A stretch of 64,000 nucleotides of DNA, from the IMG/VR virus record IMGVR_UViG_3300026116_000007. One strand, 5' to 3'. Origin of the DNA: an uncultured virus (IMG/VR IMGVR_UViG_3300026116_000007). Its lineage: Duplodnaviria > Heunggongvirae > Uroviricota > Caudoviricetes. Below, one piece after another: positions 30,999 to 40,759 of this stretch (position 1 is its first letter; each line of letters opens with the position of its first letter). The notes beneath the pieces are model-generated. The model did no database searches, was not told the origin of the DNA, and saw only the letters and a list, made by a program, of their open reading frames with translations. A program made the translations under genes and the position numbers.

Positions 30999-31081
30999 AA
31001 AAGAAAGGCCCGAACCATAAGGTCCGAGCCAGCTTGCGCGAGACGCGGGAAATATTCAATTTGTTGGGCGGTATTATAACA
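30999..31081 (-). promoter_or_regulatory. Extended -10 promoter and leader with terminator-like hairpin upstream of effector/head operon
   Basis: Minus strand TGTTATAAT (31073-31081), then GGCTCGGACC-TTAT-GGTTCGGGCC-TTTCTTTT. Confidence 0.55.
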
Positions 31082-31086
31082 TGATT

Positions 31087-31305
31087 CTAAGGACTTTCTT
31101 CCTGCTTCTGTACATCGAGTAAATTGTATGACTGCAAATCACTGAGAAGCTTTTCTGTCAGTGATAATTGTGCCTTTTCAAACTCTCCCCACAAAACTTC
31201 AAACTTTATAATACTTACTTTGTAGTCATTTCTTTCACAGACTACGTATGACTCCTCAACTATTAGCTGAGCAGAACAAACAGGACACCTTCCTCTATAA
31301 GTCAT
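31087..31305 (-). CDS. Small Zn-finger protein
   Basis: CPVC...C; overlaps upstream gene. Confidence 0.55.
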   Translation of the reverse strand: MTYRGRCPVCSAQLIVEESYVVCERNDYKVSIIKFEVLWGEFEKAQLSLTEKLLSDLQSYNLLDVQKQEESP

Positions 31306-31495
31306 CTAAGCTCCTTGCTGTTAGGTCACCACTTGAAATCTTTTCCTGTCGAACAATTTCAAATGACCAATCCTGTTGGCGAAATTCCTGTTTGACAATG
31401 GTAATCTCATATGTCCCTGGAGCAAGTCTATCTATTACACGACCTAACTGAACTACATGAGCTGATAAATCACTAGGAGTACTATTGGTAGCCAT
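31295..31495 (-). CDS. Hypothetical protein
   Basis: GAGGAG RBS, 66 aa. Confidence 0.55.
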   Translation of the reverse strand: MATNSTPSDLSAHVVQLGRVIDRLAPGTYEITIVKQEFRQQDWSFEIVRQEKISSGDLTARSLDDL

Positions 31496-31504
31496 AAAAT
31501 CTCC

Positions 31505-32266
31505 TCATCTGTAAATTATATAGCAATGGCAATTTGAATAACATGTTGCTTCACCAATTGGGGTTATTCTTTCAATTGGCAGCCATCCTTTCTGAGCTAA
31601 GTCAATGCATCCTAATCTATACTGTGAGTTGTAACAATGGTTCTCATTTTTGCCAAGAATTCTTTTTCCTTCTGTCATCTTCTTTGCTTTTATCTTCTTA
31701 TCGAGAACAGCGTTTTGATAAAGACTATTTGCATATTCGCCATAGAGTCCTGACCTATTCATTGCTGTCCCATTGAGAGGCTGACTCCTGTTATTCACTT
31801 GATCATAGTAATTATCCAACCACTTGAACTGCCTATAAACAAAGTAGTAGAAAATGTTGCGAGCAGTTTGGTCATCAAAAAGGAAACCACCTATAGCAAG
31901 TGTCCACATAGTCTTGTAGAGAACCGACATGAGTGTTTGCATCTGTAAGTACCAAGCGGCAGCAAGAATGACCCCTGAGATAAGTTGCTGAGTCGCCTCA
32001 CGCATATCTCGCTTCACCTTGGTGGCCACCTTATCAACAGCTGCTCTTATCTGAGCATCACTTACCTTTCGACCTGTACTTGTAACATAATATGAGTCGC
32101 TACCTGGTGAATACCTATACTTGGAGTTTGCACCAGTAGTAGCGGCTAGAAGTCCAGGAAGACCTGAATTTTCGTCCCACAAGGTGTTCGCCTTCTCGTT
32201 GAAGTATGCTGAGGAAGAGGTCAACAAAATATATTTCTGAGCTTCACTTCTGTCAATATCACTCAT
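31505..32266 (-). CDS. MuF/SPP1 gp7-like minor head protein
   Basis: C-terminal ENHC..C..GW.PI..PIG..CYSNCHC Cys motif; between portal and protease. Confidence 0.7.
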   Translation of the reverse strand: MSDIDRSEAQKYILLTSSSAYFNEKANTLWDENSGLPGLLAATTGANSKYRYSPGSDSYYVTSTGRKVSDAQIRAAVDKVATKVKRDMREATQQLISGVILAAAWYLQMQTLMSVLYKTMWTLAIGGFLFDDQTARNIFYYFVYRQFKWLDNYYDQVNNRSQPLNGTAMNRSGLYGEYANSLYQNAVLDKKIKAKKMTEGKRILGKNENHCYNSQYRLGCIDLAQKGWLPIERITPIGEATCYSNCHCYIIYR

Positions 32267-32519
32267 ATCCTGGCTCAATATAATCCACTAAACCCTTGAA
32301 GTCCTTTAGGCTTGAACGAGCTGCCGTACAACTCTCTACCGTTACATTTTCAAGAGGTACATTTTCGTCAACTAATTTCTCGGCCTTTTCACGACTAGGG
32401 GCGATCACATTATAGGTTGTCGTAAGAGTAGGCCTCCCCACTTGTCCGGCTAATCCTACAACTGTTGTGGTTGTAACAAGAGTAACCTTCCAAAAGCGTT
32501 TACGTTTCACTTTAGTCAT
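32259..32519 (-). CDS. Hypothetical protein
   Basis: Coupled ORF in late operon. Confidence 0.5.
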   Translation of the reverse strand: MTKVKRKRFWKVTLVTTTTVVGLAGQVGRPTLTTTYNVIAPSREKAEKLVDENVPLENVTVESCTAARSSLKDFKGLVDYIEPGYE

Positions 32520-33079
32520 ACATCCATAACCATGTAGTAGACAATTACCTTGAGTGTGTTACCGGCATCGCCGCCTGTCAGGTCCAGGGCATTTCCTGAG
32601 ATAACTATATTCAGCGCCTTGTTTGCTACATCAGAGTCATACATGCCGCTGATACCGTAAACCGTGCTGGATGCAACTTTGTAGAGCGTCCCAAGCATTG
32701 CGCTAACCCCATCTGGACCGCCTCCAGTCAACAAAGAAGAGACTGAGGATGTAATGGTTTCCGTCAATTGCATAACATCCACGTTTGCTAACCTAATGCA
32801 GATTATAGCACCGGCATCTATGCCGCCATAGTCGGCTACCCAATTGACATGCAGCACAGTCATGATGGGAATAATGATTTTGTTTGCTCCCGGTGCGGCA
32901 AGTATTTCAACTGATGTAGTTGGTAAACTGATTACCTCGTCATTCGTCAAGGTTTTGGTCGCTACGCGCAGCAAAGCGTAGTCATCAGTGATGGTATGCT
33001 CCGCATTCCAATCACTCGGCTGAATTTTAGTATTATCAGCTCCATCAGATTTTCCACTAACTTTTGTATGTGTAATCAT
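32516..33079 (-). CDS. Putative virion structural protein
   Basis: ITHTKVS..DG..IQPSDWNAEH N-terminal motif, beta-rich. Confidence 0.55.
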   Translation of the reverse strand: MITHTKVSGKSDGADNTKIQPSDWNAEHTITDDYALLRVATKTLTNDEVISLPTTSVEILAAPGANKIIIPIMTVLHVNWVADYGGIDAGAIICIRLANVDVMQLTETITSSVSSLLTGGGPDGVSAMLGTLYKVASSTVYGISGMYDSDVANKALNIVISGNALDLTGGDAGNTLKVIVYYMVMDV

Positions 33080-33085
33080 TTTTCC

Positions 33086-33307
33086 TCACTCAAAAGATTC
33101 GTTATCAAAGGCTGTTGACTCAAACGCATCTAGCTCACTTTGAGCTTCGGGCACAAAATTTCGACCAGCTCTACTTGATGAAATTACACCAAGATTGACC
33201 ACCTGGTCTTCTAACCTTTGCTGAAGCTCAACAGACTTATACTCAAGCTCAATTGCAGCCTTTCTGAGAGCCTCTCTGTAGATTTTATTGTAGTTTATAT
33301 TACCCAT
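33086..33307 (-). CDS. Short paralog of the N-terminus of the adjacent LamG protein
   Basis: MGN..YNK.Y and LGVISS..AGRNFVPE shared with 33363-34178. Confidence 0.6.
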   Translation of the reverse strand: MGNINYNKIYREALRKAAIELEYKSVELQQRLEDQVVNLGVISSSRAGRNFVPEAQSELDAFESTAFDNESFE

Positions 33308-33362
33308 TTTGGTACATCATCCTTTCCTACAACTATTGTAGTCTTCCAAAATATTTTATATT

Positions 33363-34178
33363 TCAATCTAACTCCCAGGTCGCACCTGAGATGGTCCCGT
33401 TGTTGCTGTTGCCACTGGTATCGTTCGCAGTGGTTCCCGTCCCTTCATCCAGTATCAGGTGTAGGACGGTGTTTGCATCGGCAGCGGGGCAGACGGTCAA
33501 AGATGGAGGCGTAAAGTTAGAAGTATGCCGAGCAATGTTTGAAACACGGAGCCATCTCAACTGAAACGCACAGGGGGCCGAAGAGTCAACTTCATTTCCA
33601 ATTATCAAATTATTCAGACTGTCATTATCGTAAACATTCGGAACACCTGAAATTGAACCGTCTGTTGCTACCTCTGTCCCATTGACAAAAGTCTTCAGAG
33701 ACTTAGTGGAGACTTTGAAGTCGATTTCTATATGATTTACTTGATTGTCTGGCAAGGTGAAAGAAGGGAAGAGATAGGCGGCATAGTCATCATATGAGAT
33801 GTATACCGTCAAATAATGAATATCTTCGAAATAATCACAATAAATCTCCCATCCCTCAAAAGAAGAGTTTGTCTTCGTCATTACGCATTTATAGGCTTGA
33901 GGAAAGTTTCCGGCCACAAACTCTATAGTGAAATCTCCCAAAGGTAAATTATCAATACTTGCCGCGTGGGAAATTACAATTTCATCGTTTACCCCGTCGA
34001 AGTTCAGATGATATGTTGAGTTTTGAGACTCAGGTACAAAGTTTCTTCCAGCCGCTCTTGATGAAATTACACCGAGAAAAGTAGGCCTGCCTTTCGATTT
34101 CCCCTGACGATCCTCAGATCCTTGCCCAAGTTGAATCACGGCCTTTTTATAATTTTTGTTATAGTGCTTATTACCCAT
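33363..34178 (-). CDS. LamG/concanavalin-like domain protein
   Basis: LNFDGVNDEI, FTIEF, LRVSNIARHTSNF, DEGTGTTANDTSGNSNNGTISGATW. Confidence 0.8.
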   Translation of the reverse strand: MGNKHYNKNYKKAVIQLGQGSEDRQGKSKGRPTFLGVISSRAAGRNFVPESQNSTYHLNFDGVNDEIVISHAASIDNLPLGDFTIEFVAGNFPQAYKCVMTKTNSSFEGWEIYCDYFEDIHYLTVYISYDDYAAYLFPSFTLPDNQVNHIEIDFKVSTKSLKTFVNGTEVATDGSISGVPNVYDNDSLNNLIIGNEVDSSAPCAFQLRWLRVSNIARHTSNFTPPSLTVCPAADANTVLHLILDEGTGTTANDTSGNSNNGTISGATWELD

Positions 34179-35631
34179 TTAGTACATCCTCCTGGGAGCT
34201 CTGGTTCATCTGGTCAGTGAGCCCCTGATCGAGTTGTTGAGACTGCTGATCCTGAAGTATCTTATCGTTAGGATCAGGCTCTGTCTCAGGAAGAAATCCA
34301 CTCCTCTTACGAATGGCAATCATATCCTCTTGTCCGAGTGGAACAATCCCGTTGAGAGCTCCAATGAATTGTCCAAGTGTTCCTAGTGCGATGTTATTTT
34401 CAACATGACTAAACTTTATTTTGGGACGTTTTGTTATGTTAGGGAACTGAGAGCTGTTCCACTTGAATAAGCGCTTACCCACTTGTGTGTCATACTGTTG
34501 GGCTAGACCATCAATCATGTTATTGAACGTGAAGACCGCCAATTGAGTTGAGTCTGTTTGAGATGCAAGAGCTCCAGTATTTGTAAGAGTGTTGAGTGCA
34601 ATAGTTTGCATCATATACACACTCAGCATGAGAATGCTATAATGCTTGATGGCCTCGAGAAGATTTCCACCAGCTTGAAATGGAATATCTTTTACTTCGC
34701 CTTGATAATTGAAGGGCCAAATTGCGTAGTTCCCCTCTTGAGCTGTAAGAATTGCACGAGCCGCTTGTCGAATGTTATCCCTATCAGAGTCTGAGATTGT
34801 TCCCTGATTTATTCGTTGAACGTTAAGATGGCCAGCTGCGTGTTCGTATCCAATTCCTTGGATAACTTCTAATCCGTATTTGATACGCTCCAACCGCCAG
34901 ACAGCCTGAAGTGGTGAACTTCCCTCTGGATTGTTAGCATCGCCAAACGTCATATGAAGCCCGTGATTGAGAGGAAGGAAAACGTGTGGATTAGGAACAT
35001 CTAACTGCCACATGCCCATGAGACGTTTCCCTGGAGTAAGTTCCCACCTCTCAAATGAAGAAGTATCTCTTGGGGCCAATCTTCTTATCCCTACAAGGCC
35101 ATCATCTATCTCAGAGCGCCAATCATCTGAAAAACCATCAGGAAAGTTAGGAGGAGTCCAGTCAACCGCCCTGATTGATGGAACTACATCCCACCAAAAC
35201 CACCCATCGAATGGAACTCTACTAACGGCTGTTTCGATGAAATCACCGAAGCCTCCTTCCATATTTTCAAAGTCAGAGTAGATGAACTCCTGATAGCGCT
35301 TATCATCATCTGTTGGATTAGTTGGTAGTTCAACATTAGGTGAAATGTTTCGAGACCACGTTGTAAATGCTCGAACGACCATTACCATCTCAGGGGTTGA
35401 TGTTCTAATCCTCGAAAATAATTTTGATACGCTTGGCCAATACAACTGGGCGTTGTAAGCCTCTTGTATAAATCCACTGGCCGCCTTTAGTCCAGTTGAC
35501 CCAATTTCTTGAGCCTCATTGAAAACAATGCGGACATCTGTCTGGGACTTTTCACCAGTTTGAGTTTGTCTCTCATCAACAGTTGAATTTGCCGCTAAAT
35601 CAACCCTTCGTTTCGTACGTGACTTGCCCAT
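34171..35631 (-). CDS. Portal protein (Mu gp29/DUF935-like)
   Basis: EIGSTGL, LAPR, NNPEGSSPL motifs; downstream of terminase. Confidence 0.85.
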   Translation of the reverse strand: MGKSRTKRRVDLAANSTVDERQTQTGEKSQTDVRIVFNEAQEIGSTGLKAASGFIQEAYNAQLYWPSVSKLFSRIRTSTPEMVMVVRAFTTWSRNISPNVELPTNPTDDDKRYQEFIYSDFENMEGGFGDFIETAVSRVPFDGWFWWDVVPSIRAVDWTPPNFPDGFSDDWRSEIDDGLVGIRRLAPRDTSSFERWELTPGKRLMGMWQLDVPNPHVFLPLNHGLHMTFGDANNPEGSSPLQAVWRLERIKYGLEVIQGIGYEHAAGHLNVQRINQGTISDSDRDNIRQAARAILTAQEGNYAIWPFNYQGEVKDIPFQAGGNLLEAIKHYSILMLSVYMMQTIALNTLTNTGALASQTDSTQLAVFTFNNMIDGLAQQYDTQVGKRLFKWNSSQFPNITKRPKIKFSHVENNIALGTLGQFIGALNGIVPLGQEDMIAIRKRSGFLPETEPDPNDKILQDQQSQQLDQGLTDQMNQSSQEDVLNG

Positions 35632-35640
35632 AGTGTTCTC

Positions 35641-35835
35641 CTAATTCTCCATATAGTAGTGCATTGGCATATTCTCTACAAGGTATTCAACAAGGTAAAG
35701 TGGATAGCTTTGGTCTCTCATCAAGATTTGGCCATCTTCATCAATCATTGCAATTGGATTACCAAAGTACACGACGATGAGGATGCCGTTGAATTCGAAC
35801 TTGAAGTCTACAAAGTCATGCCCATTTGTTTTCAT
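35641..35835 (-). CDS. Hypothetical protein
   Basis: Small ORF between terL and portal. Confidence 0.4.
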   Translation of the reverse strand: MKTNGHDFVDFKFEFNGILIVVYFGNPIAMIDEDGQILMRDQSYPLYLVEYLVENMPMHYYMEN

Positions 35836-37108
35836 AATCTTCAACTCTTCCCATTCCAAATTGTCCAGTCTCAGACTCTCCCAACATGAGCTCAGTCAAA
35901 ATCCAAACAAGAGCATCTAGGTTGTTAGGTGAATCGTCACCAGGAACATAACTACACATCTGCTCCTCTAACTCAGGAAATGTTCCCACATGATGAACTT
36001 TGGTCATTATAGCGGATTGAACATCACCATAAAGGGCTGAGATTGGTTCAGCACGAACGTACTTTCCCCTACTAGCACGAACAGCCTTGAAGTTAAGAAG
36101 CTTGCCTCCTTCTACCCCTGAGATGGTATTCCAAATCATGTCACCACCATGGTTCACCTCCCCTACAGCAATATCGGCTACCCACTTATCATAGAGATTT
36201 ACAGATGCCCCAGCCCATTGATTAGGGAGACCTCCTCGTGTTGCGTCCTCAAGGACGAACCCATGTATCTCCCCCGAAATGTAGCCGAGTCCCGCTGCTA
36301 TGAGCCCAGTCTGTCCAGTGGATGCGTGTGGGTCAATTCCTATTCCAATTCTAAAAAGCTCAGGATGCATATTCATTCTACCAGCATCAATGTTCTCTTG
36401 CTTCCACAGGGCCCCAGCTACATCATCAACATCCTCTGCAAATATTTCCTGTCGTACAGCAAGGCGCGTCATATCAGTTGAATTGATAATCTCCTGTACG
36501 GCCTCCTGAGAAATATAAGGATTATCGAGAGAAGTAAAATGGTAAGCTCGCCACCTTCCTGTAGTGTCATCATAAGCCTTCTTCCACATCTTGTTTGCGT
36601 GCTTCTTGTCGGTGGCCTTCGACATTGTTTTCGATCTGACAGAAGGAACAGTGAAACAGAAGACTGCATCCCCATTATTGTCAAACATCATAGGAGCACC
36701 AACGATTGACCAAACATCTTCGTTCATCAACTGAAATTCATCCAAGATAAGAACATCTGCGTAATCGCCTCTGAGTGTATCTGCGTTCCATGCCGTTTTG
36801 GCCTTGATACGTTGCTCTGTACCGGCCAACTCGATGATGTGCTCAGTCTCGTTTTTGTAAAATACCCCTACATCGATAGTAGGCTGAAGTGCTCTTACAC
36901 ACTGTTTCCAAAACCTATCCAATTGCTCTGCGGTGGGGGCCGCATATAAGACACGTTTCCCCGCTAGAAATTCTTTGACCCCTAAAATGGACATCCCCAC
37001 TGTCTTACCACCACGACGACCGGCTTTTATAACCTTGCGCTTTACGCTATCATTGATAAATCTATCCTGATGCATGTGAGGTTTTGGTAAACTGATCGTT
37101 ACGTCCAT
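35816..37108 (-). CDS. terL: Terminase large subunit
   Basis: AGRRGGKT Walker A, LILDEF Walker B, DNPY, GIDP, KYVRAEPI, SPNNLDA nuclease motifs. Confidence 0.93.
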   Translation of the reverse strand: MDVTISLPKPHMHQDRFINDSVKRKVIKAGRRGGKTVGMSILGVKEFLAGKRVLYAAPTAEQLDRFWKQCVRALQPTIDVGVFYKNETEHIIELAGTEQRIKAKTAWNADTLRGDYADVLILDEFQLMNEDVWSIVGAPMMFDNNGDAVFCFTVPSVRSKTMSKATDKKHANKMWKKAYDDTTGRWRAYHFTSLDNPYISQEAVQEIINSTDMTRLAVRQEIFAEDVDDVAGALWKQENIDAGRMNMHPELFRIGIGIDPHASTGQTGLIAAGLGYISGEIHGFVLEDATRGGLPNQWAGASVNLYDKWVADIAVGEVNHGGDMIWNTISGVEGGKLLNFKAVRASRGKYVRAEPISALYGDVQSAIMTKVHHVGTFPELEEQMCSYVPGDDSPNNLDALVWILTELMLGESETGQFGMGRVEDYENKWA

Positions 37109-37272
37109 TATCGCCACTCAATTTTGATGCAACTATAAGTTCGCTTTGCCATAATTGCAGACTTTATTGCAGAGAGCCATGACTCTCCCTGGTAGATCCT
37201 AACATAAACATATGCCACTGGATGATTTTCGTCCATCTTTTCCAAAACGTAAACTTCCCAGGTATTGCCCAT
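37108..37272 (-). CDS. Small 54-aa hypothetical protein
   Basis: MGNTWEVYVLEK...; TAATG-coupled at both ends. Confidence 0.55.
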   Translation of the reverse strand: MGNTWEVYVLEKMDENHPVAYVYVRIYQGESWLSAIKSAIMAKRTYSCIKIEWR

Positions 37273-37742
37273 TATTCTTCCTTAACCTCTAGACCATCAA
37301 CTACATCATCAGTTGTTTGATCACCCTTCCCACGATTGTCAACATATACAACATTGACCCTAATTGGACCATGACTACCTTTTGCGGTTATCTCGCTCTC
37401 AAACAATTCGGGATACAAAGCTTTCAAAATGTTTACTCTATCTACTGGTGAATCGGATGCAAGCATTCCAAGAACTAACTTCTGTAGGCGGGTTACCTCT
37501 CGCTTATCCTTCCCTTTTCCAGCCACGATAACCTCAGAGGCTAACTCCCTAATCATATTGCGAACCTTGATTGCAGTCTTAGGGGCCCCCTTATTGTTGC
37601 GTCTCGGGTCGTAGCCCTTCTTGAAGTGGACCAGCCCCGACATGTTCGGTGAATGATTCCCCTTTCCAGGTCCCTTTTTCTTTTGCGTGTTGGACTGCTT
37701 GGGTGATACTGTCAACTTGTTCTCTATTTGAGGTTCGCTCAT
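37272..37742 (-). CDS. terS: Terminase small subunit
   Basis: FKKGYDPRRNNKGAPK motif; GPIRVNVVYVD C-terminus; upstream of terL. Confidence 0.7.
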   Translation of the reverse strand: MSEPQIENKLTVSPKQSNTQKKKGPGKGNHSPNMSGLVHFKKGYDPRRNNKGAPKTAIKVRNMIRELASEVIVAGKGKDKREVTRLQKLVLGMLASDSPVDRVNILKALYPELFESEITAKGSHGPIRVNVVYVDNRGKGDQTTDDVVDGLEVKEE

Positions 37743-38658
37743 GAGCAATTTTCTCCATTTCACTTACGTATAATTCGGCATTGAATGGACCCCCAATCAT
37801 ACGAGCTTTCCAGTCAGCTATCTCGTAATCAGAATAAGTGGCACGCTCCACAAGGAAGTGGATGTCCTCCTCAGCGAGAACATCAAGGGGGAACATCATT
37901 TCAGCCTTATAGATTGGCCAACTCTCCACATGGATGATTTCGCCCTCCGAGCCCCCATAATGGGGAGCAACAAACTCCCCGAACATCAGGGTTGGAATGC
38001 CTTGAGCCACTGATAAGTACCCAAACATGTGATGCCCCACAACAAGGTCAAAATCCCTCATGAATGTTTTTGAGTCATTCACGCGAGGGGTCCCCTTGAT
38101 GAAATGAACCCCGTCAACCTCAGATAATCCGTTATGGGAAAGGTCCCCAAGGTAGCGAACCGTCAGGGTGTGCGCCTTGAGTTGGAGCAACTTTTTGAAT
38201 GTGTGTTGGTTCAGGGATTTATCGGTCAAGGATAAAAACCCATTTGAGTTGGGGTGGATGGGGGCAAACAGTATATTCTTCCCAGATGATCTGGTGAACG
38301 GACGAACATGAGAGAAGGGCCACCCGCATTCGATCGTCTTGTAGGTGCACCCATAGGAGTGCATGATTGAGGTCCACCCGACTGCAGGAACAACGACTGC
38401 TTTGACAAAGGGGAAATGTTTTACACCGGGAAAGTTCCAGGAGCACGAAGCGACCGCCCCGTGGGGGTATAAAACCGTGGGGGTCCCCTCTCTCTCGTGC
38501 GGCAAGCTCAGGAATTTCTCGCGTCCGAACCGCTCGAGGTCCGCGAGGAGGAGGCCCGCGCGTGCAGGGTTGGTGGTCCTTGTGAACCCGTGTTGAGTGA
38601 GGGCCCACATAAAGGGTTCGCCCTTATCCTGGTGCTTGAAGATATAGAATGAGGTCAT
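37591..38658 (-). CDS. GT-B-fold glycosyltransferase-like protein
   Basis: YPHG, ILFAPIHP, DLVVG..FGYLSVAQGIPTLM Rossmann-pair pattern; start uncertain. Confidence 0.45.
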   Translation of the reverse strand: MTSFYIFKHQDKGEPFMWALTQHGFTRTTNPARAGLLLADLERFGREKFLSLPHEREGTPTVLYPHGAVASCSWNFPGVKHFPFVKAVVVPAVGWTSIMHSYGCTYKTIECGWPFSHVRPFTRSSGKNILFAPIHPNSNGFLSLTDKSLNQHTFKKLLQLKAHTLTVRYLGDLSHNGLSEVDGVHFIKGTPRVNDSKTFMRDFDLVVGHHMFGYLSVAQGIPTLMFGEFVAPHYGGSEGEIIHVESWPIYKAEMMFPLDVLAEEDIHFLVERATYSDYEIADWKARMIGGPFNAELYVSEMEKIAHERTSNREQVDSITQAVQHAKEKGTWKGESFTEHVGAGPLQEGLRPETQQ

Positions 38659-38949
38659 ATACCGGTTATCCTTCACCGCATTATAACACTGTTTATAGGC
38701 AGATGACACACTGGTGCACTCAGCGCAGGGAGGTATATAACCTATCATGGTGGTGTACCGTGTGCAACTGAGTGCATCTGTGCACTACAGGTAGGTATAC
38801 CATCGGCAGTGCTACGTACAGCAGGTGGTACGTCTATACAGAATAGGCTCAGATTAGGTAGTCATATGGTACTACATCTCCTACCGGTAGAGGTGTCTGA
38901 GTGCACGGTAGAGGTGGTAGTATAGGTAGTATCTATTGTGCACTATGCA

Positions 38950-39065
38950 TACTACCGGCTGCTATAAGACACTACCGTACGGCTATTGTGCACTACAACC
39001 TGCTAACAGATACTAATTCACACTATATCCTGCTATATGGAACAATATGGGACTATACCCTGCTA
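38950..39065. repeat. Degenerate direct repeats ACTA-N4-CTGCTA-like, three at 30-bp period
   Basis: cactacaacctgcta (38991), cactatatcctgcta (39021), gactataccctgcta (39051), plus a copy at 38950. Confidence 0.65.
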
Positions 39066-39137
39066 CATTGCACCAACGGTGGACTTTGATAAATCAAGGA
39101 GTCCTCTAGGGGGCCCATTGCACAAAGGGGCAAACTA

Positions 39138-39181
39138 GAACAAATGTTCGGGGCCCATGGCCAAACTTAGAACAAATGTTC
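39138..39181. promoter_or_regulatory. Tandem LexA (SOS) boxes
   Basis: GAACAAATGTTC at 39138-39149 and 39170-39181 (GAAC-N4-GTTC). Confidence 0.7.
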
Positions 39182-39726
39182 GGGTGGAATGAGAAACTCG
39201 ACGCACGGATTTTGCGACGCACGCATGGGGTCCGAGGCTCGCGCAACGAGAGGGATGGCGCGACGCACGGATTGGGGGACGCAACGCTCTGGGCCCGCGC
39301 TCGCGACTCCTTGGGGGGACCACGGGCCACGCGAACCCCCTCCCCATAGGGGGGACAAGTTGTCCTGGCACCCCTATCTTTTATGGTTATGGATACCAAG
39401 TGGCTAATGGAACTATGTGGTTTATGTTACCGTTGCTAAGTTGCACTGTATTAGTATGAATATGTTGATTGGATGGTTTATGTCTACAGCTAATGAATAA
39501 TCACAATAATAGGATATCATCAGTGATAAATGGATAATAGCTATATCACATTGCTCTATATAACATACGGGGCCATTTAGCGTTATCTGTATAGGTAGCG
39601 GTTATTGATAAACTATAGTATAGCTATATAGTATATACAGTATCTATATATATATAGATAGAACGAACAAAGCCCCTACATGAGGGGCCAAGTTTTATTT
39701 GTGATGGAAATGAAAATGTTTATTTG

Positions 39727-39960
39727 TTAGTAGTGAGTCCCATACTCTAGGTTATCGATTTCAATCCCTATGAGTTCATCAAGCTCTGTGGCGAATTCTC
39801 CAACATCATATTTCTCGCTGATGAGAGTGTCAATGAATGGGTTTATAGAATTGTCCCAGGTTTCATCTTCTTGAGGGATACCAGGGAATTTATCATTGAC
39901 AACTTTTACAATTTCCTCAGCGATTTTGTTTATGTTTTCCTCAGTGATTTTTGTTTTCAT
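39727..39960 (-). CDS. Acidic hypothetical protein
   Basis: ATGA coupling, 77 aa. Confidence 0.55.
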   Translation of the reverse strand: MKTKITEENINKIAEEIVKVVNDKFPGIPQEDETWDNSINPFIDTLISEKYDVGEFATELDELIGIEIDNLEYGTHY

Positions 39961-40211
39961 TTTGCCTCTTCAACGAAGCTGTCCTGAGTGCGACGAATTT
40001 CTCCGGTATCATCATCTCCAGCCATGATGGTTTCACCAGCTTTATACCTACGTTTTGAAAAAGGGTCAGTCCACTCGGTTGTTTTGAACCAAAGGGCTGA
40101 TGCTGGCCCAGTCACCCTGAAGCGGTCCTCAGGACTAAAATGATTTGGGTGAAGCCTGAGCGCTTTGGCTGTTGGTTTCAATATTGTTCCATTTGGGTAT
40201 TTTTGTTTCAT
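39957..40211 (-). CDS. Hypothetical protein
   Basis: AGGAG RBS. Confidence 0.6.
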   Translation of the reverse strand: MKQKYPNGTILKPTAKALRLHPNHFSPEDRFRVTGPASALWFKTTEWTDPFSKRRYKAGETIMAGDDDTGEIRRTQDSFVEEAK

Positions 40212-40255
40212 GATTTTCTCCTAATGAAAAAGAGGTCCCCCTGTCCTCTACTAAG

Positions 40256-40504
40256 TTATGAGGGTTCCCACTCATATTCGAAGTGCCACTTTGATAAACC
40301 ATCGTGGCCAAGTTCTCCAACGGCTTGCTCGGTCCATCCCAGAGTTCCTAGAACAACATCGGGATTATCCTCTAGCCAGACATATGCATCGTCACCGACT
40401 TCCACCTTGAACCCGAGTACATCAGAGATTGCTTTTTGTGCAGCCTCTTGGGTTAGTTCCCATGTGGGCTGGACATTCCCCTCAACATGAATTATTTTTG
40501 ACAT
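40256..40504 (-). CDS. Acidic hypothetical protein
   Basis: AAGGAG RBS. Confidence 0.6.
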   Translation of the reverse strand: MSKIIHVEGNVQPTWELTQEAAQKAISDVLGFKVEVGDDAYVWLEDNPDVVLGTLGWTEQAVGELGHDGLSKWHFEYEWEPS

Positions 40505-40759
40505 TATGTTCTCCTTTTTATTATTGCTAGCTGGCCAAGAAGTCAGTCATTCATCCGTTCCAAACTCACTTATTTTTCTCCTTTCAAAAATTCGTTTTAT
40601 ACCTAATTTTACCCTACCATTATGTATTTGTACATAGCCAATATTCTATACTCTACAGTGATTCATTGAATCAGGCCAAGAAGTCTACCAAGAAGATCCG
40701 TACAGATCTGTAAGAAACCATGGGCAGACACATAATACTACACTGTTTATGAGTCACGC

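Noticed and set aside
38950..39280. Mini-CRISPR array near the Cas4-like gene
   Set aside because: Repeats are short, degenerate and lack constant 23-47 nt repeats with unique spacers
39106..39407. Overlapping ORFs in the GC island
   Set aside because: Stop-poor GC-rich sequence, no RBS or protein-like composition
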